Source: the human T2T-CHM13v2.0 reference genome, Homo sapiens. Taken from it: a DNA stretch of 64,000 nucleotides. Below the pieces are notes generated by a model. The model searched no databases, had not been told where the DNA came from, and was given only the letters and a program-made list of their open reading frames with translations. Of this stretch, positions 14,715 to 29,640 are shown piece after piece (position 1 is the first letter of the stretch; each line of letters opens with the position of its first letter). The DNA lies in NCBI RefSeq assembly GCF_009914755.1, contig NC_060927.1, one strand, 5' to 3'. Position numbers and translations under genes: made by a program.

Positions 14715-14895
14715 ATATTGGATTTAGAGACAGAAGACTGAGTATGAATCCCGCTAATAAGTCCAAGTACTAGTTGTCAGGTTTTAAGCAAGTAAATTTA
14801 GCCTGTTTTCTCATTGATAGAAAGTATACAATGAGGCCCATGTTTCAGGGTTATTGCGAAAAAGAAATGAGATTGCTTGTAGAAATGTACTCACT
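14715..14895 (+). mobile_element. MIR
   Basis: gacagaagactgagtatgaatccc...gcctgttttctcatt...cagggttattgcg...aaatgagat. Confidence 0.65.
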
Positions 14896-15639
14896 ATTCT
14901 GCCAACTACAAAGTTAAAAATTGAAGCTGTTTAATAAACATCTATTATCTGCTAAATATTTCATTAAGCAAAGTAATGGACATACTAAAATGGAGATAAC
15001 AAAATCTCTTCCTTCAGGTAGCTCACAATCCTGTTTAGGAGAGATGGCTAAGACAAGCTGCATGGATCAGATCACAGGCAGAATGGGACATATTACATGA
15101 TATTTAAAACCCTGTAACAGCAATCCCAAATATGCCTTGAGCACAGAGGTCCTACTCTGTTTATGTCCACATCAGTGGCATTAACACCAAGTTAGGTTGC
15201 TCCCTTGTTGAAAGAAATAATAAATGAATGCAGGAAAGATTTTACTCTACTTACTTAGTTATATGTTTGTTTTCTTTACTATATTACAAGCCCACAGAAT
15301 GTGGGGACTACATCTTATTCATCAATACCCACATCAAATTGAAGACAAAAATATTGGTTGAGTTCTGTTGTTGTTGAATGAAGCTATGTATAAAATGCTT
15401 TGCCAAGACTGCAAAGCCAACCCTTAATTTAGACTGGAAGGATAAATAAGGGTAGAAAAATAAGCTGTTTAATGTGAAAAGATATGCATCATATAAAATC
15501 CACTTAATCAAAAGTAACATGTGAACAGAGGTGTAAAAGATGTTAAGGTTTTCATCAAGTACATGAAACAAGATCAGTTGAGTAGTCACTTTTACTGAAA
15601 TTTGTGCTTTAAAATTTCATATTGCTTAGTCTTTACACT

Positions 15640-15880
15640 TCTATCAGGTTCAAATTTAGGCAATTATTTAACAAATGGGGAAACTGACACCTGGAGAGGT
15701 CAAGAAATTACTGAAGTTTATCGAATTAGTTGCCTAAAATTTAGGATTAAACTCAGGTTCATACGAGTTCAGAGCTGGCCCTCCCCCTCCTTCAGGCACG
15801 TGGCTTATTTAGTGCTACAGCTGGAACTAGATTCGGGTTTTTAAAATCCAAGCACAGAGGTGTTTTCACTACATTGCATG
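15640..15880 (-). mobile_element. MIR fragments
   Basis: ttaacaaatggggaaactgacacctggagaggtcaag is the antisense MIR core. Confidence 0.6.
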
Positions 15881-16937
15881 TTTTTGTTTTTCCATCAACA
15901 CTAAAGCAAGTAATTTTGGTTTCAGAATCTAAATGAAAGCATTGGGGTTGACCCCTTGGGAACCTAGTATTCGACCAAGTCCTTGTTTTCCAAAGCATCA
16001 CTGGATATTTTTCACAAGCCTAATTAGAGTTATTTTATTGTGGCCTAATGGCAAAGCACAGATTCCTAACAGATTTCTTTCTTCATGATCTAGGAACAAG
16101 TTTTCTGAGGCCCAGTTAGGTTCAAAATGTAGTTCCTTCTCTCCAGAGAAAACAAGAGCACTGAATCTAAAAATCCAGCTTTCTGGTTTGGGAAAAGGTG
16201 ATTTCTCCTATCAGGCAGTAGAATAAGCTGAGTAGCAGAGTAAATGTCCTAGTTCCTCCTTTGGAAGGTTGGGTGCTGCCCCAATGGAAATGTGCTATAA
16301 TATGTCATTTTCTGCCACAAATTGCTCCTGGAGGCAGAAAGGCTTTGAATTCAAAGAAAACCATAGTCGTGGCTGATTTCCCTTGCCCAGGTTGTCTGAC
16401 TGATCAGTGTTGTTTATCCAAAACCATAAATTATCTGTTATGTTCTTCATGTCTCCTTCCATTACCCTAGAAAGTTGTTCAGGAATAGAAATGAGGTGGC
16501 TTTATAATTAAAGCAAGATTAAGAATAATATTTAAAACTGATAAGAACAGTTCAGCCAAATGAAAGGCTGCTGAGCACTTTTGACACTTTCTATTATCAT
16601 TCACATGGTGGCTTTTGCTTGTGTTAATTAAGAAAAATAAACACTGCTCCATGTTGAAGCATAATGTCAAAGCAAATACACAGTAGGAAGCATAATCCAT
16701 TTGCCTTGCTACAAGTTCATGCTACTGAGCCAAGCCTTTTGAAGAAATCATTTAGCTCAGCTCAGGGCAACTGTATCAATTTCTGATTCTAACCCCCAAT
16801 GCTAACATTTGTTAAGCTTCTACTTGGGCCAAAAACTATGAATATGAGGAAAGAGAAAACTCTCCATTTCTTGGGTGTCTTGCAACCTAACTGGAAATTT
16901 TCATGATGTACACATTGCAAGCATTTTTTATTTTTTC

Positions 16938-17920
16938 AGTCACTCAACAAATATTTATTAAGCAACTAATATTCTAGAAGGTGGGGATCGAGACTGAACT
17001 TAAAATAGACAATTGCTACACAATTTCTTAGGAAAGAACTTTGGACTGTAAACAGATAAATAAAATTCGTACTGTAAAAGAAGCTGATAAATGCTATGAA
17101 GGAGAATAAAGGAGTAAAAGAGGGATATAGAGTATTGAGGTTGGGCCTGGGAGTGCCATTTTATATTAGAGTGGTTAGAAAAGTCTTCATTAAAAGACAT
17201 TGGAGAAATTAGGGAAAAAAGTATGGAGAAAGCAATGTGTACATGAGGGAAGAGGTGTTTTAAGCAGAGAAAACAGGTGAACAGGAAATGAGAGGACAGT
17301 GTGCTTGGTCCTAGGGGTCAAGGACCAGCAAGGAGGTCAGTATGGGTCAGAGGGCTATAAACAATGAGAGAGAGGAAGGAGAGCAGTCACATCAAAAGGG
17401 ACCATGTAGTATTGCTAAGGCCATATCTGTTGCTCTGAATAATTTGGGACATATTGGAGGGAATCAGCAGAAGAGGGATGTGATCTGGGTAAGTTTGAAA
17501 AAGATTATTCTGGGTCCTCTTAAAGAATAAATGGACAGTGACAAATAAGCAAGGAAACTAGATAAGTAACTATTGCAATAATCCAAACAGGAGATGAAGG
17601 TGGGTAGGATCAGGGTGATAAAAAGCGAAGAGGTTGGATTTTGAATGTATTTTTAAAGATAGAAACAATATTGTTTATGAATTTGCTATAGGGGTTGAGA
17701 GAAACAAACTGAGAATGACTCTCGAAGGTTTGGAAGCCTGAATAAATAGAAGTATGGATTTGCCATCTAGGAACCAGTGAAAACGTGAGGAGTGTAGATG
17801 AGGAGTGAAATTATGAGTTTAGTTATTAACATAAGTTTCAGATGTCCTATGTTAGTCTGGGGCTCAAGAGAAAGATCTGTGTTCCCGATGTAAATTTGGA
17901 AGACATTGACATAAAGGTGT
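16938..17920 (-). mobile_element. L2, left part (host of the ERV)
   Basis: cactcaacaaatatttattaagc is the antisense L2 3' end; the text continues through gcagaagagggatgtgatctg and taaatttggaagacattgacata. Confidence 0.8.
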
Positions 17921-17945
17921 TTTGTTTTGTTTTTATTCTTACTAT

Positions 17946-18380
17946 CATTAAAGAGAACTAAATATGGCCTGAGAAGGACTCAGTACTTCTATATTTGAGT
18001 CCTTGTGGACAAATGGTAACCTAGCTTAATAGGCAGACAAGATTGAAAACCTAACTTAGGAGTATGAGCCTATAACAATAGCTGAGTGTTGGCCAGTCCC
18101 AGTGGGCATACTTCAACCACTCATAGACTGCTGAGTGTTCAAACTGTGTTCAAATAAGGCAAAGGCCAACCAGTAACCAATCCAGCTGTTTCTGTATCTC
18201 ACTTCTGATTCCTGTACGTTACTTTACTCTCTCTTTGTTTCTAGATTTTTTTCTGACCATGAGGCACCCATGGAGTCTCTGAATCTGCTGTGATCTTAGA
18301 GGCTGCCTGACTCGTGAATCATTTCTTCTTTTTTTGCTCAATTAAACTCCATCAAATTTAATTTGTCTGAAGTTTTAACA
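17946..18380 (+). mobile_element. 5' LTR (MER57A-like)
   Basis: Runs cattaaagagaactaaatatggcctgagaaggactc...attaaa...gaagttttaaca, ends in CA and aligns end to end with 25986-26426. Confidence 0.93.
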
Positions 18381-18384
18381 GATC

Positions 18385-18402
18385 TGGCATCAGTAGCGGG
18401 AT
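18385..18402 (+). promoter_or_regulatory. Primer-binding site, degenerate tRNA-Leu type
   Basis: TGGCATCAGTAGCGGGAT(TTGAA) lies 4 nt after the LTR and resembles TGGTGTCAGAAGTGGGATTCGAA, the reverse complement of the tRNA-Leu 3' end. Confidence 0.75.
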
Positions 18403-18504
18403 TTGAAGTAAAACTCCAGTGACCCCAGGAACACTAGGTGACCAGGAGAGGTGCCTGCCAAGCCTGTTATGCTCACTGGTCTCTTGATTATAACTGGAGG
18501 TCAT

Positions 18505-18512
18505 GGGTGAGT
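18505..18512 (+). promoter_or_regulatory. Candidate retroviral major splice donor
   Basis: GG|GTGAGT in the leader between the PBS and the gag ATG. Confidence 0.5.
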
Positions 18513-18676
18513 TTTATCTCAGATTCCAAGCTCCACTAACTTGTGTTTGGAGCTCTCTCAGTTTACTTGAGAAATATTTAGACTGATCTGAGTCTCAGGT
18601 TGAATTGGATTCAATAATTAACTGGACTGGATTCAGTTAGAGGCCTTGAACCTCCAGTAGGTAACTTATTTTAATA

Positions 18677-20075
18677 ATGGGATCGTCTCCATCCAAGGAG
18701 TCTGGGACTCCACAATATGGGACTCCAGCTAATTTTATGTATAATAATTATGGGCCCAGAATGTGTGCATTTTTAGAAAAATGGGTTAACCTAACTAAAG
18801 AAAACTTAGAATGAAGATGGCCAAAATAGGGAAGTTTTAATTTAGATAAAATTATTTATTTGCGAGGCATATTAGAAAAAGGGGGATCAAAAAGCCCACA
18901 AAAACAGTAGGATGCGTTCTTTCATTAGTTTGCAGAGGGCTCTAAAAGACTAAATGAATCAAAAATTGCCTCCTTAAAAGATTTTTGCAAAAAGCAAATG
19001 AAAAGCTTAAGCAAGAGACTAAAGACATGATGAAAGAGGACTGTACTCTGAATTAACCTCGACTATTCCTTCTCTTTATATGTCTCTACCTACGTGCTCT
19101 GAGTCCACTAACCTTTTTGCCAAGTTACCCTTTCACACTGAAGATGATAAAATAAAGGAAGTTAGACAGATGCCTTACAAAGTGAGACCTGATCAGGCAG
19201 ACCTGCCTGCTGTAACTACTTTCACTCCATGTTCTAAAACTAAGCTTACAGTCATTGTGAAGGACTTCTCTGATCCAAGGGAAGACCCTCAAAAATTTAC
19301 TGAGGATTTAGAATCCTCATAGGAGCTTATGATTGAGGACTTCCTGACCTTTACCAGTTTATTCACATGATATTGGAGCCTGGTGAAGCTCAGAGATGGA
19401 TGGCAGCAGTAGACTGGGACAAACCTGAGGTAGATATTAAAGATCCCTCCCAAAGCTCCTTATGAGAAGGACCAAAAGTAGCTAGAAAAATTGCTGAAAA
19501 TCTTTTAAATTCAATTCCTAAATTTTTTCTGCCAAAAATTGATTGGTCCTTCATACAATCGTGTAAACCAAAAAAGGATGAACCAGTTTCAGATTACAGA
19601 ACTTGCTTCAAATTTTGTTTGTGAAACATTCGTGGGCTTAAAGTACAGCAAGGAGTATTTCCTGATAGGAACTGAAATGACATTAACTGCTCGATTTATA
19701 AATGAACTCCTAGCAGTTTAATTAAAAACATAAGTTTGGATAGGAAGTTACAGATATGACTGAATTGGTGGCCTTAACTGAACATTTTGACAGGACTCTA
19801 CAGCAAGAAAAAACTCAAAAGGCTAACAAGCTTATGCCCCTTCAATTAGAACAGTTACAGGGACCAGGACCAAAGGGACCAAAGGAACCTTCTTGTTCTC
19901 ATTTTAAATCACAATCAAGAGGTCCTAGAACAAGAAGTTCTTTACCCCAATATGTTTGGCTGTGTTGCAAACAACTAGGGCACTGGAAAAGGGATTGCCC
20001 ATTTTTATATCCATCTGCCAATAGGCCTCCCTTTAAGCCAAACTGTTTCACCACAAGAGGGATTCTAAGAGACCA
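18677..20075 (+). pseudogene. gag: ERV gag (disrupted)
   Basis: ATG at 18677 gives MGSSPSK (myristoylation-type MGxxxS). An MHR-like CKPKKDEPVSDYR sits at ~19562-19600. The zinc knuckle (W)LCCKQLGHWKRDC at 19957-19998 has its first Cys mutated. Several stops and frameshifts are present. Confidence 0.9.
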
Positions 20076-20079
20076 GCAA

Positions 20080-20420
20080 GTATTCTCCAGTAAATTGCTC
20101 CCCGAAATAACTTTAAATGAACATGGAGAAACAGAGGTTAAGGTAATGGGGAGTCATGTAGGGTCCTGGTGGATACTGGAGCTACTCTATCTACCATAAA
20201 CCTCACTTTAATAAGCCAACAAACTCCTCGGAGTAAAAAGGTCATTTCTGTGGTAGAGTTGTCAAATCAAGTTCAAGAGGTTCTCATATCTGAACCCATC
20301 CAATTAACTTTGGGGCTGTTTTCAGAAAAACACTTTTACTATGTGATATCACTCCAGTAAACTTGTTAGGGTGAGATCTACTTTCAAAGCTAAAAGGGCA
20401 CATAAAATTTTGCTCAGTAG
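20080..20420 (+). pseudogene. pro: ERV aspartic protease (disrupted)
   Basis: LVDTGATLSTIN with DTGA at 20172-20183; downstream PVNLLG*DLL is the LGRD motif with R changed to a stop. Confidence 0.9.
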
Positions 20421-20459
20421 GAAAAATAATCTTATAATTTCCTGATTCTCCTGAACCAG

Positions 20460-23400
20460 AATTGTTATACTATCTACAGGTAGAAATTGATAAGATTGAA
20501 ACTCAGGCCTGTAATACCCCTGATCTTTCAAAAATACCTAAATGTTTATGGGCCACTTCCCTAACTGATATAGGAAGAATTAAAAGTGTGGAACCTATAA
20601 AAGTCCAAATAGATCATCCTAAATCTTGGCCTGAATTACCCCAATATCCACTAGAAACTGAGGCAATTCAAGGGCTCTCTCCAATTGTAGAAGATTTAAT
20701 TAAACAAGAACTCATAATCCCACACACCAGCCCTTGTAATGCTCCAGTCCTACCAGTTAAAAACCAGATGGATGAGGCTGGAGATTTGTTCAAGATTTAT
20801 GGGCAATTAGTAAAATTGTAATACCAAGATTTCCTGCAGTCCCAAATACTAATACTTTATTATCTAACATACCAACTAATTCCAAGTGGTTCACAGTAAC
20901 AGATCTCTGCTCAGCCTTCTTTAGCATTCCAATTCATAAAGTAAGTTAATACTTGTTTGTCTTTTCTTGGAAAAATCAGCAGTACACCTTGACTGTAATA
21001 CCACGAAGGCTTACTGAAGTCCCTTTATATTTTTCTCAGGCATTGCATCAGGGCTTAATGACACTACAGTTTCCTCAAAATTTTACTGTCATTCAGTACA
21101 TAGATGACTTATTGTTACTCTCTCCCACTAAGGAGTGTGCTAAAATTGATTCAATTTACCTTTTATAGCAACTTGCATATAAAAATCACAAGGCTTCAAT
21201 GGAAAAACTTCAGTTTTTAAGATAAAAAGTCCACTATTTGGAACATGGTTTGACTGCTGACAGGATTTTCCAGTCACCTGAGAGGAAAAAAACTATTCAA
21301 AGTTTTCCTCAAGCAGCAACCAAAAATCAGTTAAGAGACTTTCTTAGACTTGCAGGATATTGCAGATCCTGGGTTCCAAATTTTTTCTTAATAGTTTCAC
21401 CATTTTATGAGCTCACTAAAAATGCCATACCAGAGCCTTTACCTTGGGGAGATAGTCATGAGCAGGCTTTTAGCCTAATGAAGTTGACCTTACAACAGCA
21501 CCCAGGTTTAGGACTTCCAAATTACACTAAACTTTTCACTTTGTCTGTTCATGAGTGTAAAAATCAGGCATTAGGAGTCCTTACTCAAGAACATGGTGGT
21601 GAACACAGGCCCATTGTATACTATAGCCTGCAATTAGACCCAGTCGCTAAGGCATATCCTAATTTGTTTAAAAGCAGTAGCAGCGGCAGCCAAGCTGGTA
21701 GAAGCTTCATAAGATTTGGTTTTAGGAAATGAACTTAATTTGCAACTCCCACACACTGTGGAAAGTCTATTACACTCCAACCGAATCCAGCACTTTTCAG
21801 GAAGTAGATTAACATCTTATTAATTACTTCACCTATCTCCTTCTAATCTTCATCTAAAATACTGTAATCAGCAGAATGCTGCTACTCTTGTTACCTCTGT
21901 CTGATGATGGTGAAGACCACAACTGTGTAGGTGTAGTGTCAGAAATGGTGGCCCCTCATGTTGACTTATAAGATACTCCACTGGATAATCCTGAAGAAAT
22001 TAATACTTTTTTAAATGGGTTCTCTGCAAAAATCTTAGAAGGAAAATATCAGGTAGGATATGCTGTTACCACTCAAAATGAGTTAATAGAGAAGGGAACT
22101 CTTCCTCAATTTAAGTCAGCCCAACCTGTGGAGCTTTCTGTCCTCACCAGAGCTTGCCATATAGCTAAGGATAAGTCATTAAATATTTATACAGATAGTA
22201 AATATACTTTTGGAGTAGTACATAATTTTGGCATAATATGGAAACTAAGAGGGTTTCTCACCTCTAGTGGGACACCCACCAAAAATAGACTCTAAATGAA
22301 TGGGCTCTTTTCTGCTATCTTGTTACCATTGCAGATTGCTGTGATTAAAATTGAAGCTTATACTTGTAGAACTGAACCCAAATAACAGGGAAATGCTTTG
22401 TCAGATTTTTATGCTAAATTAGCTAGTGATGAAACTCTTAAGATATGCAATTTGAATGAACCCCATAAGATTAATCCAAGCCAATTCCTTATGATGACCT
22501 ATTTAATAACTAGTGCAATGCACCTGATTTGGAAAAACAAAATTGGTATCTAAAAGGATGTAAATTTAATGTGAAGTGCAGCGTTACAGAAGGCCAGGAT
22601 GGCCGCCTAGTCCTTCCTGAGTCTTTGAAGCTTCCATTGTTGAAAGCTCTGCACTCCACAACTCATCATGGAACAGACAAAATGATTCAAATTATGAAAA
22701 AATACTCGTGGGGTGACTGTTTCAAAATTGCTAAAATGATTTGTAATCAATGTTTGACTTGTCAAACTCATAATCCTGGGAAGATAATCAAAACTTCAGG
22801 TGGTGTATTTCCACCACCTGATGGACCATTTGAGCATTTACAATGGACTTCATTCAATTGCCACCCATGATGGGGTTATCAGTATGTTCTTGTAATAGTT
22901 TGCATGTTTTCTGGTTGGATAGAGGCCTTCCCAGGTAGGAAAGCTGATGCTGTGATGGTAGCATAGAAATTATTAGAAAATATTTTTCCTTTATGGGGGA
23001 TCCCTCTAAAAATCTTCAGTGATAGAGGAATTCATTTTGTTGGGCAAATTATAAAGCAGTTAAATAAGGTGCTACTGACACAGTGGCACTACCGTTGTCC
23101 CTATCACCCTCAATCTTCAGGAAAGGTTTAAAGAACAAATGGCACATTAAAATTGAAATTGAAAAAGTTAACTGAATCAATTGGGTTGCCTTGGCCAAAG
23201 GTACTACCTTTGGCTTTAATGGCAATCAGATCCACTCCCATTGGAAAGCGTAAATTGACCCCTCATGAAATAGTCACTGGTAGGCCTCTCTCCCTAATAA
23301 TACCACCTCATGCTTCTCCTGCTCTCTTAAACTCTGACATGACTAAATACTTCAAGACTTTAATACATTATGCCAAAGTGTACTTCTGCTAGGTAAAGGA

Positions 23401-23696
23401 AGCTTTTGGAGATCCACCAACTGAGAATAATCAAACCCTCATGGTCTGGAACCTGGAGACTGGGCCTTCTGAAAATGACATAAGAAGAAGACTGCTCGTG
23501 AACCTTGATGGAAGAGACCATACTAAGTTCTTCTCACCACCCTCACTGTAGAGAAGCTTCAGGGCCTTGAACCTTGGTTTGACATCTCACAACTCAAATG
23601 AGCCCCTTCAGACTCCTGGAACTGTACAACTGTTGGAGGCTTGAGGGTAAAGCTGACCAGGGAAATCTCTCGACCCTGAAGCAGATGACATCCTAG
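20460..23696 (+). pseudogene. pol: ERV pol: RT, RNase H, integrase (disrupted)
   Basis: RT motifs SPCNAPVLPVK, WFTVTDLCSAFFSIP, QYIDDLLL (YIDD 21097-21108) and FLRLAGYCRSWVP. RNase H motif NIYTDSKY at ~22182. Integrase motifs HSTTHHG...CNQCLTC, SDRGIHF, YHPQSSGKV and GPY/F-like WKRPY. Confidence 0.95.
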
Positions 23697-23743
23697 TTGT
23701 GGATAGCTTTCCCAAGATCACAGATCAAGACTTCTTTACCATC

Positions 23744-25580
<1,837 letters not shown>

Positions 25581-25972
25581 CTTGGCCAATTGGGTTTGGT
25601 TCATTTCATAAGAACTCCTGTTAAGGAGCACGTGTTGGCATTTTGATAATATTATTCTCTTGATAGTCATAATAATAGTCCCCTTGGCACGCTATATCCT
25701 CTCAAGTCTTAAATGTTGTGTAGGCAGACATCCATTGAGAGTTGAATGGTCTCACTCCAACTGGGTCAGCAAGAACATAAAAATCATTCAGCTGGTACAA
25801 AGCTGTGACTTGTGAATTCCATATTGACACCAAAAACTTGTGAAACTCCATACTGAAACTAAAGAAGACTTGCGACTTCCACACTGAGATTGAATAAGTC
25901 TTTATGATGGTGACAGAGAGTGGCATCAATTCCTAAAGTTTTGGTTAATCTCTCTAAATTGAGAGGCTGACC

Positions 25973-25984
25973 AAAAGGGGGGAA
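25973..25984 (+). promoter_or_regulatory. Polypurine tract
   Basis: AAAAGGGGGGAA directly upstream of the 3' LTR. Confidence 0.9.
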
Positions 25985-25985
25985 T

Positions 25986-26426
25986 TATTAAAGCAAACTA
26001 AATATGGTCTGAGAATGACTCCATACTTCCATATGTGAGTCTTATGGATGAAACCTAACCTAATAGGCAGATGGGATTGAAAACCTTCCTTAGGAGTATG
26101 TGCCTGTAACAATAGCTGAGTGATGGGCAATCCCAGCAGTCATACTTCAATCACTCATAGACTGCTGAGTGTTCAAATTGTGTTCAAATAAGGCAAAGGC
26201 CAACATGTAACCAATCTAGCTGTTTCTGTACCTCACTTCTGATTCCTGTACGTCACTTTACTTTTTTTTTTGTCTATACATTTGTTGTGACCACAAGGCA
26301 CTCCTGGAGTGTCTCTAAATCTGCTGTGATTCTGGAAGCTGCCTGATCCACAAATCGTTTTTTTTTTTCGGTTTTTGCTCAATTAAATTCCGTCAAATTT
26401 TATTTGTCTGAAGTTTTCTTTTAAAA
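25986..26426 (+). mobile_element. 3' LTR (MER57A-like)
   Basis: tattaaagcaaactaaatatggtctgagaatgactcc...gaagttttcttttaaaa; a direct repeat of the 5' LTR. Confidence 0.93.
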
Positions 26427-26430
26427 CTGT

Positions 26431-26620
26431 TGAATGAGATTGTCCAAAGGTTGGGTTAGTAGAGTCAAGAATGAGTCAATGATGATTACTGAGGCCTGGC
26501 AATGTAGATTGGAAACAGAAAAACAAATTAGCAAAGGAGATGAAAAAGAAGAGGTTAGGAGGCAGGGCAAAGCCAACAAAGAGAGCAATGTCAAGGAATG
26601 CAAGCAAAGTGTTTAGCCCA
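26431..26620 (-). mobile_element. L2, right part
   Basis: tgaatgagattgtccaaagg... continues the L2 text (GGATGAGATCACC) that was interrupted at ~17920. Confidence 0.6.
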
Positions 26621-26640
26621 GGGAAAGAATGGCAAAGAAT

Positions 26641-26664
26641 TGTGTGTGTGTGTGTGTGTGTGTG
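26641..26664. repeat. (TG)12 microsatellite
   Basis: Read directly. Confidence 0.97.
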
Positions 26665-26920
26665 CATCATGTGACCCAAATACCTGGAATGGATCACACA
26701 TACCCCAGGAGTTCAGAGGAAATAGTTCTTTTTAAGGCTGGAATATAGTGGAGGAAGCTTCATGAAGATCTTATTTAGAATACAGCTGTAATTGCGAGAG
26801 AGGTAGACATTTTATATAAGAGATAGTGTATATTACAAATGTTTAAAAAAGTGCTTACCACGTGCCAGATACTATTCTAAAAATATGTATGTTTATTAAC
26901 TAATTTAAATATTGAATCCT

Positions 26921-27212
26921 TAATCCCAGCATTTTGGGGGGCCAAGGTGGGCAGATCACTTGAGGCCCGTAGTTTGAGACCAGCCTGGCCAACATGGTGA
27001 AACCTCATCTCTACTAAAAGTACAAAAATTAGCTGGGTGTGGTGATGCATGCCTGTAATTCCAGCTACTCCAAAAGGGTGAGGCACAAGAATTGCTTGAA
27101 CCCGGGAGCCAGATGTTACAGTGAGCTGAGATCACACCACTCAACTCCAGCCTGGGAGACACAGTAAGACTCTGTCTCAAAAATAAAATAAAATAAAAAC
27201 AAACAAAAAAAA
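26921..27212 (+). mobile_element. AluS, slightly 5'-truncated
   Basis: Starts taatcccagc, has a dimer and A-tail; TSD core ATTGAATC at 26911-26918 and 27213-27220. Confidence 0.92.
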
Positions 27213-27237
27213 ATTGAATCTTTTTAAAAACCTGTGC

Positions 27238-27664
27238 TATATACCCCTTGAACAACAGGGGTTTGGGCTGCTCAGGTCCATTTATATGCAGATTTTCTTG
27301 TGCCTTTGCAACCCCTGATACAGCAAGACCAACCGCTGAGCTTCCTCCTCCTCAATGTGAAGACAAGGAGGATGAAGACATTTATGGTGATCTATTTCCA
27401 CTGAATCAATTGTAAATGTGTTTTCTCATCCTATAATTTTCTTAGTAACATTTTATTTTCTCTAGCTTACTTTATTGTAAGAATGCAGTATATAATACAT
27501 ATAACATAAAAATGTGTGTTAATTGAATGTATATGTTATCTGCAAGGCTTCAGGTCAACAGTAATTTAAGTTAGTTTAAGTTCTGGGGAAGTCAAAAGTT
27601 ATAAGCCAAGTTTCAACCGCTTGCAAATGTACCCCTAAACCCCATGTTGTACAAGGGTCAACTG
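27238..27664 (+). mobile_element. Tigger2a-like DNA transposon MITE
   Basis: TIRs cccttgaacaac ... gttgtacaagggtcaactg followed by TA. Confidence 0.85.
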
Positions 27665-27749
27665 TACTGTTACTGTCCCCTGTTACAGATGAGAAAACAG
27701 ACTTGAGGCAGTGGGAGGGAATCCTTGTTTGAGATTACAGTTTTATGTA

Positions 27750-28904
<1,155 letters not shown>

Positions 28905-29043
28905 TGGTAGTATGGCTCAAGGTTGCATTTTCTTGATGTCTTTATTCTGCTACATCGTTCATGGGTAAAGACATGAAGTCAAGAGAAGATGTAGCTAGAT
29001 TGTTAAGCCATAAATAGGCTCCTTTGACTGGGGTGGAAGATTG

Positions 29044-29045
<2 letters not shown>

Positions 29046-29083
<38 letters not shown>
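29046..29083. repeat. Pure T38 tract
   Basis: 38 uninterrupted T. Confidence 0.97.
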
Positions 29084-29088
<5 letters not shown>

Positions 29089-29640
29089 AGTGAGTGAGTT
29101 CAAAAGCAAGGTTAGGGCTATATCATATTAGGGTGGACAAATCTTGGTGAGTTTGGACTTTATGGTCAGTGGAGGGTCATTCATGTTTGTAATTGGTAAG
29201 GTTTTCAGTTAATATTTTCCCATTTTGTAAAAGATATATGACAATTTTACAATGACAGACTGTTAGTCATGAGTTTGAAACAGTCTTAGAAATTTTAAAA
29301 GGATGGAAACTGAGAGAGGACATTAACTTCAATTCTCCAAGCTTATTTCCAATAGTTATTTTCAGAGCACTGAGCAGGACCAGACCCAATTCGTTTGCAA
29401 CTTACCCCTATACTTTTACCAATAGACCTTGATGCTTATGCAATAGCTAACTTAAAACTGGCAAGATTATAGCAACAGAGGTCTTGTTCTTTTATTTCAT
29501 TTAATTTTACAGTTATTTTATTGTGAAGTATTTCAACATAAAATTCTTAAAACAATAGACATCCTAGTTTCAATTTAAAGCTTTAGGTCTAAACCTTTTG
29601 AGAACGTAAGCAATCCAAGGACAATCACCTATAAAATGTT

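Larger units (their letters stand above)
26835..27710 (-). mobile_element. MIR split by an Alu and Tigger2a
   Basis: gtgcttaccacgtgccagatactattctaa on the left and ttactgtcccctgttacagatgagaaaacagac on the right. Confidence 0.65.

Noticed and set aside
18385-18407. tRNA gene
   Set aside because: This is only the ~18-23-nt complement of a tRNA 3' end (the PBS); there is no cloverleaf.
21238-21732. Longest ORF (164 aa) as a functional gene
   Set aside because: It is an internal RT thumb/connection fragment of a pol broken by stops and frameshifts, and it has no real start codon.
25808-25894. CRISPR-like repeat array
   Set aside because: The units are imperfect and adjacent with no unique spacers, in a primate ERV context with no cas genes.
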